Assembly (NCBI GenBank): GCA_965220855.1
Contig: CBDCQY010000002.1
Location: 359,542 to 423,541, forward strand
Source: Alphaproteobacteria bacterium
GTDB taxonomy: Bacteria; Pseudomonadota; Alphaproteobacteria; Bin95
Length of the DNA: 64,000 nucleotides
Reading direction: 5' to 3'
Positions 18,552 to 29,013 of this stretch are shown piece by piece. A program made the translations under genes and the position numbers. Within the stretch, counting starts at the first letter, position 1. Each line of letters begins with the position of its first letter. The notes under the pieces were generated by a model. That model saw nothing but the letters and a program-made list of their open reading frames with translations, ran no database searches and had not been told where the DNA came from.

Positions 18552-19421
18552 ATGACCGAGGCGGCGCTCGTTCCGCTGCTGGCGAGGATTGCGGATGCGC
18601 TGGAGCGGCTGGCGCCACCGGGGGGCGGCGCGCCCGATCTCGCTGCGGCCGACGCCTTCGTCTGGCACGCCGAGGGCGAGCGGCTGGCCCCGGTGGCGCG
18701 CGTCAGCTGCGTGGCGCTGCCGCTGCTCTGCGGCATCGACCGGGTGAGCGCCATCCTGCTGGAGAACACCCGGCGCTTCGCGCGCGGCCTGCCGGCCAAC
18801 AACGCCCTGCTGTGGGGCGCGCGCGGCATGGGCAAGTCGTCGCTGGTCAAGGCCGTCCACGCCGAGGTCGTCGCGGAGCGCGCGGACGGGCCGGCGCTGG
18901 TCGAGATCCACCGCGAGGACATCGCCTCGCTGCCGCGCCTGCTGGCGCTCCTGCGCGGCGCGGGGCGGCGCTTCCTGCTCTTCTGCGACGATCTGTCCTT
19001 CGACGGCGCCGACACCACCTACAAGTCGCTGAAGGCGGTGCTGGAAGGCGGGCTGGAGGGCCGGCCGGAGAATGTCATCTTCTACGCCACCTCCAACCGC
19101 CGCCATCTGATGCCGCGCGACATGATCGAGAACGAGCGCTCCACCGCCATCAGCCCGGCCGAGGCGGTGGAGGAGAAGGTCTCGCTGTCGGACCGCTTCG
19201 GCCTCTGGCTCGGCTTTCACAATTGCGACCAGCCGACCTATTTTGCCATGGTGGAAGGCTATGCGGCCCATTTCGGCCTCGGGGTCGAGACGGAGCGGTT
19301 GCAGCGCGAGGCCCGCGAATGGGCGGTGACGCGCGGCGGACGCTCCGGGCGGGTCGCCTGGCAGTTCGTGCAGGACCTGGCCGGCCGGCTCGGCCGGCGG
19401 CTGGACGGGGAGACGGGATGA
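18552..19421 (+). CDS. DUF815 family AAA+ ATPase
   Basis: [43 protein letters not shown]. Confidence 0.92.
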   Translation: MTEAALVPLLARIADALERLAPPGGGAPDLAAADAFVWHAEGERLAPVARVSCVALPLLCGIDRVSAILLENTRRFARGLPANNALLWGARGMGKSSLVKAVHAEVVAERADGPALVEIHREDIASLPRLLALLRGAGRRFLLFCDDLSFDGADTTYKSLKAVLEGGLEGRPENVIFYATSNRRHLMPRDMIENERSTAISPAEAVEEKVSLSDRFGLWLGFHNCDQPTYFAMVEGYAAHFGLGVETERLQREAREWAVTRGGRSGRVAWQFVQDLAGRLGRRLDGETG

Positions 19422-20044
19422 TCCTGCTGATCGACAATTACGACAGCTTCGCCTACAACCTGATGCACTTTCTGGGCGAGCTGGGCGCGGAGGTCGAGGT
19501 GCGGCGCAATGACGCGCTGACCGCCGACGAGGCGCTGGCGCTCCGCTCGGACGCCATCGTGCTCTCGCCCGGCCCCTGCGATCCCGACAAGGCGGGCATC
19601 TGTCTCGATCTGGTGGCGAAGGCCGCCGGGCTGACGCCGCTCATCGGCGTCTGCCTCGGCCATCAATGCATCGGCCAGGCCTTCGGCGGGCGGGTGCTGC
19701 GCGCGCCGGTCTGCATGCATGGCAAGCTCTCGCGCATCCATCACGACGGCTCCGGCGTCTTCGCCGGCCTGCCCTCGCCCTTCGAGGCGACGCGCTACCA
19801 CTCGCTCACCGTGGAGCGCGCAAGCCTGCCGGACGCGCTGGAGGCCAACGCCTGGACCGAGGACGGGCTGGTCATGGGCGTCCGCCACCGGGAGTTCGCG
19901 ATTCACGGCGTGCAGTTCCACCCCGAAAGCATCGCCTCCGAACACGGCCACCGCCTCTTGGCCAACTTCCTCGAGGCGGCGCTCGGCCAGCGGCCGACGG
20001 GCGCGCCGAAGCCGCTCCCGGCGCGTCGGGTGTTCGCGGCGTGA
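19418..20044 (+). CDS. trpG: Anthranilate synthase component II (glutamine amidotransferase)
   Basis: [32 protein letters not shown]. Confidence 0.95.
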   Translation: MILLIDNYDSFAYNLMHFLGELGAEVEVRRNDALTADEALALRSDAIVLSPGPCDPDKAGICLDLVAKAAGLTPLIGVCLGHQCIGQAFGGRVLRAPVCMHGKLSRIHHDGSGVFAGLPSPFEATRYHSLTVERASLPDALEANAWTEDGLVMGVRHREFAIHGVQFHPESIASEHGHRLLANFLEAALGQRPTGAPKPLPARRVFAA

Positions 20045-21063
20045 GCGGGGCCGACTTCCGCGCGGTGCTGGCGCGTCTCGCCGAGGGCGAGACGCTGGGC
20101 GAGGCGGCCGCCGAGGCCGCCTTCGAGACGCTGATGTCCGGCGACGCCACGCCCGCGCAGGCCGGCGCCTTCCTGATGGCGCTCCGCGTGCGCGGCGAGA
20201 CCATCGACGAGATCACCGGCGCGGCGCGCATCATGCGCGAGAAGGTGCTGCGCATCGACGCCCCGCCGGACGCCATCGACACCTGCGGCACCGGCGGCGA
20301 CGGCAAGGGCACGCTCAACATCTCCACCGCCACCGCCCTGGTGCTGGCCGGCGCGGGCGCGCCGGTGGTCAAGCACGGCAACCGGGCGCTGTCGTCCCGA
20401 TCCGGCTCCTCGGACGTGCTGGCGGCGCTCGGCGTCGATATCGACTGCGACATGCGCCTGGTCTCCGGCGCCTTGCAGGAGGCCGGCATCTGCTTCCTGA
20501 TGGCGCCCCGCCATCACGGCGCCATGCGCCATGTGGCCGGCGCGCGGGTGGAGCTCGGCACGCGCACCATCTTCAACCTGCTGGGGCCGCTCTCCAATCC
20601 GGCGCTGGCGCGCCGCCAGCTGGTCGGCGTGTTCTCCGAGCGCTGGGTCGAGCCGCTGGCGCATGTGCTGGGCAATCTCGGCTCCGAGCGCGCCTGGGTG
20701 GTGCACGGCTCGGACGGCCTGGACGAGCTGACCACCACCGGCCCGAGCCATGTGGCGGAACTGCGCGACGGCGCCGTGCGCCGCTTCGAGGTCGATCCGC
20801 GCCATATCGGCCTGCCGCTCGCCCGGCCGGAAGACCTGGCGGGCGGCGACCCGGACGGGAACGCCCGCGCGCTCACCGCGCTGCTGGACGGGGAGCCGGG
20901 ACCTTACCGGGATATAGTGGCGCTCAATGGCGCGGCCGCGCTCATGGTCGCGGGCCGGGTGTCGAAGCTCGCCGAGGGGCGCGCGGTCGCCGAGCAGGCG
21001 ATCGACAGCGGCGCCGCCCGGCAAAAGCTCGCCGCGCTGGTGCGCATCACCAACGGCGGCTGA
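20041..21063 (+). CDS. trpD: Anthranilate phosphoribosyltransferase
   Basis: [31 protein letters not shown]; GTG start overlaps the trpG stop. Confidence 0.96.
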   Translation: MSGADFRAVLARLAEGETLGEAAAEAAFETLMSGDATPAQAGAFLMALRVRGETIDEITGAARIMREKVLRIDAPPDAIDTCGTGGDGKGTLNISTATALVLAGAGAPVVKHGNRALSSRSGSSDVLAALGVDIDCDMRLVSGALQEAGICFLMAPRHHGAMRHVAGARVELGTRTIFNLLGPLSNPALARRQLVGVFSERWVEPLAHVLGNLGSERAWVVHGSDGLDELTTTGPSHVAELRDGAVRRFEVDPRHIGLPLARPEDLAGGDPDGNARALTALLDGEPGPYRDIVALNGAAALMVAGRVSKLAEGRAVAEQAIDSGAARQKLAALVRITNGG

Positions 21064-21086
21064 GGCGCGAGGGAAGGGCGGCCGCC

Positions 21087-21881
21087 ATGTCCGATACGCT
21101 CCAGGCGATCCTCGCCGGCAAGCGCGAGCATGTGGCGCGCATGAAGCGCGAGCGCCCCTTGCGCCCGGCCGACCTCGCCGGCGAGCCGCCGCGCGGCTTC
21201 GCAAGAGCGCTGGCCCGGGCCGAGGGCTATGCGCTGATCGCCGAGATCAAGAAGGCCTCGCCCAGCAAGGGGCTGATCCGGGCCGATTTCGACCCCGCCC
21301 GGCTGGCCGAAGCCTATCTGGCCGGCGGGGCGGTCTGCCTCTCGGTGCTGACCGACCGGCCCTCCTTCCAGGGCGAGGACCGCTATCTGGGCGAGGCGCG
21401 CGCGGCCGCGCCGCTGCCGGTGCTGCGCAAGGATTTCATGATCGACCCCTGGCAGGTGGAGGAGGCGCGCGCGCTCGGGGCGGACTGCATCCTGATCATC
21501 CTGGCGGCGGTGGAGGATGGGCTGGCGGCCGAGCTGGAGGCGGCGGCCTTCGCGCTCGGCATGGACGCGCTGGTCGAGGTGCATGACGAGGCGGAGCTGG
21601 AGCGCGCGCTCCGCCTCGCCTCGCCGCTGATCGGGGTCAACAACCGCAATCTGAAGACGCTGGAGGTGGACCTCGCGACCGCCGAGCGCCTCGCGCCGCG
21701 CATCCCGGCGGAGCGCATCGCGGTCGGCGAGAGCGGGCTCGCCGCGACCGCCGACCTGGAGCGGCTCGCGCGCGTCGGCGTCACCCGCTTCCTGGTCGGG
21801 GAGTCGCTGATGCGCCAGGCCGACGTGACCGCCGCCACCCGCGCCCTGCTCGGCCTCGAGCGCCGGAGGCGGGCGGGATGA
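21087..21881 (+). CDS. trpC: Indole-3-glycerol phosphate synthase
   Basis: [33 protein letters not shown]. Confidence 0.96.
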   Translation: MSDTLQAILAGKREHVARMKRERPLRPADLAGEPPRGFARALARAEGYALIAEIKKASPSKGLIRADFDPARLAEAYLAGGAVCLSVLTDRPSFQGEDRYLGEARAAAPLPVLRKDFMIDPWQVEEARALGADCILIILAAVEDGLAAELEAAAFALGMDALVEVHDEAELERALRLASPLIGVNNRNLKTLEVDLATAERLAPRIPAERIAVGESGLAATADLERLARVGVTRFLVGESLMRQADVTAATRALLGLERRRRAG

Positions 21882-22360
21882 GCGCGCGCCTAACCCATTT
21901 CGACGAGCAGGGCCGGGCGGCGATGGTGGATGTCTCCGGCAAGGCGGAGACCGAGCGCGTCGCGGTGGCCGGCGGGCGGGTGGTCATGGCCCCGGAGACG
22001 CTGGCGCTGATCCTGGCGGGCGAGGTCGGCAAGGGCGATGTGCTGGGCGTGGCGCGGCTGGCGGGCGTCATGGCGGCCAAGCGCACCGCAGACCTGATCC
22101 CGCTCTGCCATCCGCTGGCGCTCTCCTCCGTCCAGGTGGAACTGCAGCCCGACACGGACGCCTCGGCGGTGGAGATTACCGCGACCTGCCGTCTCAAGGG
22201 CCGCACCGGCGTCGAGATGGAGGCGTTGACCGCGGTCTCGGTCGCGGCGCTCACCGTCTATGACATGTGCAAGGCGGTGGATCGGGGCATGACGGTGGAG
22301 GCCGTCCGCCTGCTCTCCAAGGAAGGCGGCAAGTCCGGCCGCTGGACCCGCCCGGCGTGA
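21878..22360 (+). CDS. moaC: Cyclic pyranopterin monophosphate synthase MoaC
   Basis: [38 protein letters not shown]. Confidence 0.96.
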   Translation: MSARLTHFDEQGRAAMVDVSGKAETERVAVAGGRVVMAPETLALILAGEVGKGDVLGVARLAGVMAAKRTADLIPLCHPLALSSVQVELQPDTDASAVEITATCRLKGRTGVEMEALTAVSVAALTVYDMCKAVDRGMTVEAVRLLSKEGGKSGRWTRPA

Positions 22361-23550
22361 TCCCGGTCAGCGAGGCCATCGACCGCATCCTGGCCGGCGT
22401 GCGGCCGCTGCCGGCGGAACTGGTCGGGCTCGGCGAGGGCCTCGGCCGCGTGCTGGCGGAGGACCTCGCCTCCAGGCGCACCCAGCCGCCGCTCGCCGTC
22501 TCGGCCATGGACGGCTATGCGCTGCGGGCGGCGGATGCGGGCGCGGCGCCCGTCCGCCTCCGCGTGGTGGGCGAGGTTCCGGCCGGGTCGCGCTGGCGGG
22601 GCGCGCTCGGGCCGGGCGAGGCGGTGCGCATCTTCACCGGCGCGCCGCTGCCCGACGGCGCCGACGCCATCGTCATCCAGGAGGATTGCGCGCGCGAGGG
22701 CGACCTGGTGACGGTGGGCGAGGCCGCCTCGGCGGGGCGCTGGGTGCGCCCGGCCGGGCTCGATTTCGCCGAGGGGGATGTGCTGCTCCGCGCCGGCCGC
22801 CTGCTGGGGCCGCGCGATCTCGGCCTCGCCGCCGCGATGAACCGGCCCTGGCTGCCGGTGCGCCGCCGCCCGCTGGTGGCGCTGCTCGCCACCGGCGACG
22901 AGATCGCGCTGCCGGGCGAGCCGCTCGGGGCGGAGCAGATCGTGAGCTCCAGCGGGCCGGGCCTGGCGGCGTTCGTCGCCGAGGCGGGCGGCGTGCCGCT
23001 CTCGCTCGGCGTGGCGGCGGACAGCGTGGAATCGCTCCGGGCCTCGGCCGCCGGAGCGCGCGGCGCGGATATTCTGGTGACCATGGGCGGGGCCTCGGTC
23101 GGCGAGCACGACCTGGTGCAGGCGGCGCTCGCCGAGGAGGGGCTCGAGGTCGATTTCTGGCGCATCGCCATGCGGCCCGGCAAGCCGCTCATGTTCGGGC
23201 GGCTCGGGGCGACGCTGGTGCTGGGGCTGCCGGGCAATCCGGTTTCGGCCTTCGTCTGCGCGCTGCTGTTCTTGCGCCCGCTGATCCGGGCGCTGCTGGG
23301 CCTGCCGGCGGGGCCGCCCGAGCGCCAGCCGGCGCGGCTCGGCGCGGCGCTCGGCGCGAACGACCGGCGCGAGGACTATCTGCGCGCGCGGCTTGCGCCC
23401 GGCCCGGACGGCGCGCCGGTGGCCACGCCCTTCGACCGCCAGGACAGCTCCATGCTGGCCCGCTTCGTCGAGGCCGACGCGCTGGTGGTGCGCGCGCCGC
23501 ACGCCCCGCCGGCCCCGGCGGGCGCGCCGGTGGAGATCATCCGCCTCTGA
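22357..23550 (+). CDS. moeA: Molybdopterin molybdotransferase MoeA
   Basis: [39 protein letters not shown]. Confidence 0.95.
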   Translation: MIPVSEAIDRILAGVRPLPAELVGLGEGLGRVLAEDLASRRTQPPLAVSAMDGYALRAADAGAAPVRLRVVGEVPAGSRWRGALGPGEAVRIFTGAPLPDGADAIVIQEDCAREGDLVTVGEAASAGRWVRPAGLDFAEGDVLLRAGRLLGPRDLGLAAAMNRPWLPVRRRPLVALLATGDEIALPGEPLGAEQIVSSSGPGLAAFVAEAGGVPLSLGVAADSVESLRASAAGARGADILVTMGGASVGEHDLVQAALAEEGLEVDFWRIAMRPGKPLMFGRLGATLVLGLPGNPVSAFVCALLFLRPLIRALLGLPAGPPERQPARLGAALGANDRREDYLRARLAPGPDGAPVATPFDRQDSSMLARFVEADALVVRAPHAPPAPAGAPVEIIRL

Positions 23551-23574
23551 GAGCGGGACCGAGAGCGGGGCGCG

Positions 23575-24072
23575 TCAGCCGCGCTTCTCCGGCGGCGGAT
23601 ATTCGCGGAGCGCATATTCGAGGCTGCCCCGGCCGCAATCCATGCGCTTCATGTTGAAGCGCAGATGGCCCCCCGCCCGGCGCCCGCGCCAGAAGCCGCC
23701 GAAGATGGTGACGAGCCAGGGGAAGGACGGCGCGGGCGGGTTGAAATGGACGAACAGCTCGGTGCGAGAGAGCAACGACTGCTGGCGGATCGAGCGGATG
23801 CCCGACCAGTCGCGGCGCTCGATGCCGAAGATCGGAAAGGCGATGCCGGAGCGGTCGAACACCACCGCCGGCAGATGCGCGCGGCGGGCGATCCAGGCGG
23901 CGTTGCAGGCGATGCCGCCCAGCAGCAGCGCCATCAGCCCGGCGAGCGCCAGCGGCGGTCCGGGCCTGCCGTCGATGACGCCATTGACCAGCAGGGCCAG
24001 CGCCACCAACGCCGCCAGCCCGCTCGCAATCGCGAGCGCAATATAGGTCGGGCGGTAATAATGGATCGTCAT
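23575..24072 (-). CDS. Hypothetical two-TM membrane protein with C-terminal soluble domain
   Basis: From MTIHYYRP: two hydrophobic helices, then VVFDRSGI...WSGIRSI; the 87 upstream in-frame codons in the ORF track are scraps of other genes. Confidence 0.65.
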   Translation of the reverse strand: MTIHYYRPTYIALAIASGLAALVALALLVNGVIDGRPGPPLALAGLMALLLGGIACNAAWIARRAHLPAVVFDRSGIAFPIFGIERRDWSGIRSIRQQSLLSRTELFVHFNPPAPSFPWLVTIFGGFWRGRRAGGHLRFNMKRMDCGRGSLEYALREYPPPEKRG

Positions 24073-24142
24073 GACAGGCGCGCTATAGCGGCCCGGAAGG
24101 CCGGCGACAAGGCCGTGGGTTTCGCGCGATAAGGCGGAGGCC

Positions 24143-24286
24143 ATGTGTTTCTTCAACACCGCCGGCCCGGTCGTTCCAGCGAAGCATTGCAGCATTCCGC
24201 CGCTCGACCGGCTCGACCGGGAGGAAGTGCTGCGGCCGATCGGTTCCTGGAGAACCTCCACCGCGGCGATGGCGTTGTTGCGATAG
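24143..24286 (+). pseudogene. N-terminal fragment of an FFNTAGP-type AAA ATPase
   Basis: After SD ggagg: MCFFNTAGPVVPAKHCSIPPLDRLDREEVLRPI, which resembles the MRFFNTAGP...HY.IPPL.R start of a widespread ATP-binding protein family; similarity is lost after about 33 codons, before any Walker A. Confidence 0.6.
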
Positions 24287-24460
24287 CGGGCGACCGCTTT
24301 CGCCAGCCGCTTGGACAAGGCGCGCGTCTCCACGACATTGACGCGGCTTCGGGAGCGCAGTTGGCCGTCGAGAAGCCTGCGCAGCGCCTCGCCATGGCTG
24401 TCGCGTTCTGGCGTCGGGCTGTCCGCGCCGCAGGGCGTAGCCCAGCCCGGCGAGCCGGGC
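24243..24460 (-). pseudogene. Internally deleted type I restriction subunit R (HsdR) remnant
   Basis: N-terminal-like LARLAGLGY and, after a frameshift, ERDSHGE joined directly to C-terminal (DUF3387-like) EALRRLLDGQLRSRSRVNVVETRALSKRLAKAVARYRNNAIAAVEVLQE. Recognition from memory. Confidence 0.55.
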
Positions 24461-24904
24461 GAGCGTCTGTCGCGCCTCGTCGAGCCCGCGCTCGGCCAGC
24501 CTTCGCTCGTTCGCGGTGAAGCCGCGCACCAGATGCTCGCCGAGGGTGCGCGTGGCCCACTGGCGAAACCGCACGCCGCGCCTGGAATTGACGCGGTAGC
24601 CGACGGAGATGATAGCGTCGAGATTGTAGTGCTTCACCCGGCGGCGCACCCGCCGCCGCCCCTCGGTTCGAACTACCGAGAAATCCTCGGTAGTTGCCTT
24701 CTCGCTCAGTTCCTCGTCGGAGAAGATGTTTTTCAGGTGCAGGCCCACATTGTCGATCGAGGTCCCGAACACGGTCGCCATGTCCCGTTGCGAGAGCCAG
24801 ACGGTCTCCTGCTCCAGGCGCACATCGACGCGCACCTCGCCGTCGGGGCTCTCATAGACGACGACCTCGCCGCCGGGCGCGCCAGCTGGCGCCTCGCCGC
24901 TCAT
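24461..24904 (-). pseudogene. Truncated RhuM-family protein (Fic domain missing)
   Basis: VVYESPDGEVRVDVRLEQETVWLSQRDMATVF, HLKNIF, YNLDAIISVGYRVNSRRGVRFRQWAT; the reading becomes non-homologous after EARQTL. Confidence 0.8.
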
Positions 24905-25154
24905 CGCCTGCAGGCCCTCGCCGACGGGCAGCCGCACCCGCAGCGCCGAATCCCGGCCCGGATGAGCGGGTCGGCAAGAGGAAGGCTCATCCCATAACCC
25001 CGGCCGCGCACCCCAGCCTCTCGAAACCGAGACCGTCGCCGCTATCGTTCGTCCGCTTCGCCATGCAAGTCCCGATCATCATTCTCCCACGACCATGCAG
25101 TATGCCCGGTCGGAGTCATGAACGCCAAGCCGGGCCCGGTCGACCTCGTCCGGG

Positions 25155-25173
25155 ATTGCGAACCTCTCGCATG
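25155..25173. promoter_or_regulatory. Fur-type iron box (distal)
   Basis: attgcgaacctctcgcatg, TGCGA-N5-TCGCA palindrome upstream of bfr. Confidence 0.6.
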
Positions 25174-25224
25174 ACGCGATGGCGCCGCTCCGGCGTCGCC
25201 CGCGCGCGGGCGATTGCGAATGAC

Positions 25225-25243
25225 AATGCGAGCCTTTCGCATC
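25225..25243. promoter_or_regulatory. Fur-type iron box (proximal)
   Basis: aatgcgagcctttcgcatc, same palindrome, about 30 bp upstream of a TTGCGC-N18-TAGCAT promoter-like site (25273-25302). Confidence 0.65.
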
Positions 25244-25359
25244 TAACAGTCTGAAAAAACTGCATTTTTCTCTTGCGCTCGACAATGCGCCGCCGGTAGC
25301 ATCCTCTCCCGATCTCGAAGACCGAACGATATCCGGCGCGCCGGGGACAGGAGGCGACG

Positions 25360-25842
25360 ATGAAGGGCGACACACGGGTGATCGCAATCCTCAATGACGT
25401 GCTGAAGAACGAGCTCACGGCGATCAACCAGTATTTCCTGCATTCCCGGATGCTGAAAAACTGGGGCGTCGAGAGGCTCGCGAAGCACGAATATGAGGAG
25501 TCGATCGACGAGATGCGCCACGCCGACCGGCTGGTCGAGCGCATCCTGTTTCTCGAAGGGCTGCCGAACCTCCAGGACATCGGCGCGCTCCGCATCGGCG
25601 AGACGGTGCAGGAAATCCTCGACGCCGACCTGGCGCTGGAGCATGCGGCGATCCCGGCGCTGCGCGACGGCATCGCCCATTGCGAACAGGTCTCCGACTA
25701 TGTGACCCGCCATCTGCTCCGCGAAATCCTCGAGAGCGAGGAGGAGCATGTGGACTGGCTGGAGACGCAGGGCGAGCTCATCGCCCGCATGGGGATGGAG
25801 AACTACATCCAGCTTCAGAGCAAGCCGGCCGAAGGGGACTGA
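25360..25842 (+). CDS. bfr: Bacterioferritin
   Basis: [27 protein letters not shown]-type ferroxidase motif (DEMRHAD), [13 protein letters not shown], haem Met. Confidence 0.97.
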   Translation: MKGDTRVIAILNDVLKNELTAINQYFLHSRMLKNWGVERLAKHEYEESIDEMRHADRLVERILFLEGLPNLQDIGALRIGETVQEILDADLALEHAAIPALRDGIAHCEQVSDYVTRHLLREILESEEEHVDWLETQGELIARMGMENYIQLQSKPAEGD

Positions 25843-25862
25843 GGGTCCGCTCCCGCCGGGCG

Positions 25863-26063
25863 TCAGCCGCTCCGCGCGCCGGGCGGCTCGACGGCGCCCG
25901 CGTCATGTTCGCGGTCGATCAGCTCCTGGGCGGCCGGCAGGCAGCGGCCGCAGCGGGGGCCGCCGCCGAGCGCCGCATAGGCGCGGTGCGCGCTGCGCAG
26001 GCCCGTGCGCGCGGCCTCGCGGATCTCGGCGTCGCGATAGGCGTTGCAGATGCAGACATACAT
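25863..26063 (-). CDS. bfd: Bacterioferritin-associated ferredoxin (2Fe-2S)
   Basis: MYVCICN...CGRC. Confidence 0.9.
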   Translation of the reverse strand: MYVCICNAYRDAEIREAARTGLRSAHRAYAALGGGPRCGRCLPAAQELIDREHDAGAVEPPGARSG

Positions 26064-26105
26064 GCCGCCACCCCGGATGATTGCGCCTATCCTGCACCTT
26101 GTGCA

Positions 26106-26124
26106 AATGCTAGTCAATCGCAAA
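26106..26124. promoter_or_regulatory. Fur-type iron box upstream of bfd
   Basis: aatgctagtcaatcgcaaa (TGC-N9-GCA) overlapping a TTGACT -35-like hexamer on the minus strand. Confidence 0.65.
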
Positions 26125-26183
26125 AATGCCGGGCGGTAAAGAGGGTTGCGCCGGGTCGCCGGACCCGGTTTGATCTTTTCGCC

Positions 26184-26198
26184 GAACCAATATAGAAC
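26184..26198 (+). promoter_or_regulatory. LexA (SOS) box of lexA
   Basis: GAAC-caatata-GAAC, the alphaproteobacterial direct-repeat SOS box. Confidence 0.85.
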
Positions 26199-26245
26199 AG
26201 CCGCGTCCCATACAGGTTCGTATGGGGAACGGAAAGGATGACGGC

Positions 26246-26923
26246 ATGTTGACGAGAAAGCAGACCGAGCTGCTGCAATTCATCTCGGAGCAGATTTCCA
26301 GGGATGGCGTGTCGCCGTCTTTCGACGAGATGCGGGACGCGCTCGGGCTGAAGTCGAAATCGGGCGTGCATCGCCTGGTGACGGCGCTGGAGGAGCGCGG
26401 CTTCATTCGCCGCTTCCCCAATCGCGCCCGCGCGCTCGAAGTCGCGCGCCTGCCCAACGCCGAGGCCTTTGAGGACTGGAACCGCGCGGGGCAGGGGATG
26501 TTTCGCAACCTGCGCCGGCGGCCCGAACCGGCCGGGGCGGCGACGGAGGAACTGCCGCTCTACGGGCGCATCGCCGCTGGCACGCCGATCGAGGCGCTGC
26601 GCGACCCCGACAGCACCGTCGCCGCGCCGCAGGCCATGCTGGGCGCCGGACGCCACTATGCGCTGGAGATCGCCGGCGACTCGATGGCGGGCGCCGGCAT
26701 CCTGGACGGCGACACCGTCGTCATCCGGGAATGCGACCGGGCCGAGCCGGGCGCGATCGTGGTGGCGCTGGTCGATGCCGAGGAGGCGACGCTCAAGATC
26801 TGGCGTCCGGGCGACGGCAGGGTGGCGCTGGAGGCCGCCAACGACACCTTTCCGACGCAGATCTATAGCCCGGACCGGGTGCAGATCCAGGGGCGCCTGG
26901 TGGGGCTGCTGCGCAACTACTGA
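26246..26923 (+). CDS. lexA: SOS repressor LexA
   Basis: MLTRKQ, PSFDEM, GRIAAG (Ala-Gly cleavage site), GDSM, ATLK. Confidence 0.97.
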   Translation: MLTRKQTELLQFISEQISRDGVSPSFDEMRDALGLKSKSGVHRLVTALEERGFIRRFPNRARALEVARLPNAEAFEDWNRAGQGMFRNLRRRPEPAGAATEELPLYGRIAAGTPIEALRDPDSTVAAPQAMLGAGRHYALEIAGDSMAGAGILDGDTVVIRECDRAEPGAIVVALVDAEEATLKIWRPGDGRVALEAANDTFPTQIYSPDRVQIQGRLVGLLRNY

Positions 26924-29013
26924 TCCGCCGCCGGGCCGGCGAGCCCGACCCAGGGCCGCCGCCCGCGATGGTCCCAGTCGGTCTCGACCGCGACGCCCTC
27001 GGGCGCGAGCCGCAGCGCATGGGCGCCGAGGCGCCGGAGCCGCGCCCGGTCGATCACCAGCGTTTCCGGCGCGCAATAGCGCCGCCGCGCCCGGCGCGAG
27101 ACCGTGACCGCGGCCAGCAGCACGGCCGCCTCGCGGCAATCCTCCTCCAGCGCGGCGTGGCGGAGCGCCACCGCGACCCCGTCGCCGACGCAGCCGAGCC
27201 GGTCGCAGGAGAGGCCGGGGCCGCCGGGCGCGGTCGCGCCGCGCTCCGCCGTCCCGGCGGCCTCCATCCAGACCCGGCCGAGAAACCCGCCCCGCGCCTG
27301 CGAGAGATAGAGCCGGCCCTCGACATGGCGGGCGAAGAGGCGCGCATCGCCGTCGGCCAAGAGATCGGGCGGGCGCGCGCCGACCGCGAGCGCCAGCGCG
27401 GCGGCAAGGCCGAGCAGCCCGGCCAGCCGCCAGCGTCTCTGCCAGAGGCAGAGCCAGAGCCCGCCGGCCGCGGCCGCCACCGCCCCGGCCGTCGGCAGGG
27501 GCGGAAAGCGCAGCACCGCGCCCGGCCAGCCGGCCACCGTCTCGGCCGTCAGCAGGACCGCCTCGATGCCCGCGCCCATCGCGGCCAGCGGCCAGCTTTC
27601 CAGCCCGACCGGCATGGCCAGCACGCCCAGCAGCCCCGCCGGCATGATCCAGAAGGCGGCGGCGGGCACGGCGATCAGATTGGCGGCGAGGCCATAGACC
27701 GCAAGGCGCCCGAAATGATGCGCGGCGAAGGGCGCGGTGGCGAGCGTGGCCACCAGGGTGGTGAGCAGCGTCGCGGCCAGGAAGACGCCGACGCCGCCGA
27801 TCCGCGCCCGCGCTGCGGAGAGCGCGTCCGCCAGCCGCTCATAGACCGCGACCAGCGCCACGACTGCGGCGAAGGACAGCTGGAAGCTGGCCGTGGTGAG
27901 CGCATAAGGCTCCAGCAGCAGCACGGCGAGCGCCGCCAGCGCCACCAGCCGCATGCCGATCTCCAGCCGGTCCACCATCACCGCGAGCAGCGCCAGCGCC
28001 ACCATGGCGAAGGCGCGCTGCGTCGGCACGGTCGCGCCGGCCAGCAGCATGTAGCCGAACGCCGCGACCAGGGCGGCGGCCGCAGCCCATTTCTTGATCG
28101 GGTAGCGCAGCGCAATGCGCGGCCAGAGCGCGAGCGCGGCCCGGATGGCGGCGAAGACCAGTCCGGCCACCAGGCCGAGATGCAGCCCGGAGATCGCCAG
28201 CAGATGCGCCAGCCCGGCGTCGCGCACCGCCGCGTGGGCCTCTCGCGGCAGGTCGCCGCGCAGGCCGGTGGTGAGCGCGATGGCGACGCCGGCGATGGCG
28301 GGGTCCGGGATCGCCCGGTGGATGCCGGCCGCGATCCGGTGGCGGAGCCGCTCGACGCCGCCGCGTTCGCCTTCTTCCAGCAGGCGCGCCTTGCCGAGCG
28401 CGAAACCGGTGGCGCCGGTCTGTTGGAAGAAGGCGCGCCGGGCGGGATCGTAGCCGCCGGGCAGCGCCGGCTGCGGCAGGGGCGTCAGCCGGGCGAGCAC
28501 CGCGATGCGCGCGCCGGGGCCGGCGCCCTCGGGCAGCCGGGCGAGGCTGAGGCGAAGCCGGGCCGGGGTCTCCTCCGGGGCCAGCCGTTCGACCGCGACA
28601 TCCTCCAGCAGGATGCGGAAGGGGGCCGCGACCCGGTCCTGGCGGAGGATGCGGCCACGCACCTCGGTCGGCCCGATCGCGCGCTCCAGGATCGGCGCGC
28701 GCGCGAGCTCGGTGTGGAAGCCGGCCCAGAAGAGGCCGAAGACCGCGACCGCCAGCCCCAGCGCGGCGGCGAAGGCGGCGGTGCGCCGGAGGCGGGCGGC
28801 GAGCAGCGCGGCCAGCCCGGCCGCGCTCGCCGTCGCCGCGATCGGCGGCTCGAAGCCGGCCGCGAAATAGAGGCCGATGCCGAGCGCCAGGCAGACCGGC
28901 AGCCAGAGCGCCTGCCGGTCGCGCTCCGCCGCCCAGGCGCCGACGGCGAGGTTGACGGCGCCGCCGAGCCTCCCGATAACGCCGCTCTCGCCAGCAAGGG
29001 CCCTGTCCTCCAT
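26917..29013 (-). CDS. comEC: ComEC/Rec2 competence protein
   Basis: [27 protein letters not shown], many TM helices. Confidence 0.93.
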   Translation of the reverse strand: MEDRALAGESGVIGRLGGAVNLAVGAWAAERDRQALWLPVCLALGIGLYFAAGFEPPIAATASAAGLAALLAARLRRTAAFAAALGLAVAVFGLFWAGFHTELARAPILERAIGPTEVRGRILRQDRVAAPFRILLEDVAVERLAPEETPARLRLSLARLPEGAGPGARIAVLARLTPLPQPALPGGYDPARRAFFQQTGATGFALGKARLLEEGERGGVERLRHRIAAGIHRAIPDPAIAGVAIALTTGLRGDLPREAHAAVRDAGLAHLLAISGLHLGLVAGLVFAAIRAALALWPRIALRYPIKKWAAAAALVAAFGYMLLAGATVPTQRAFAMVALALLAVMVDRLEIGMRLVALAALAVLLLEPYALTTASFQLSFAAVVALVAVYERLADALSAARARIGGVGVFLAATLLTTLVATLATAPFAAHHFGRLAVYGLAANLIAVPAAAFWIMPAGLLGVLAMPVGLESWPLAAMGAGIEAVLLTAETVAGWPGAVLRFPPLPTAGAVAAAAGGLWLCLWQRRWRLAGLLGLAAALALAVGARPPDLLADGDARLFARHVEGRLYLSQARGGFLGRVWMEAAGTAERGATAPGGPGLSCDRLGCVGDGVAVALRHAALEEDCREAAVLLAAVTVSRRARRRYCAPETLVIDRARLRRLGAHALRLAPEGVAVETDWDHRGRRPWVGLAGPAADQ

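Noticed and set aside
24905-24960. Possible HsdS C-terminal scrap coupled to the RhuM start
   Set aside because: It fits the operon model, but the peptide (RDSALRVRLPVGEGLQA) is too weak a match to support.
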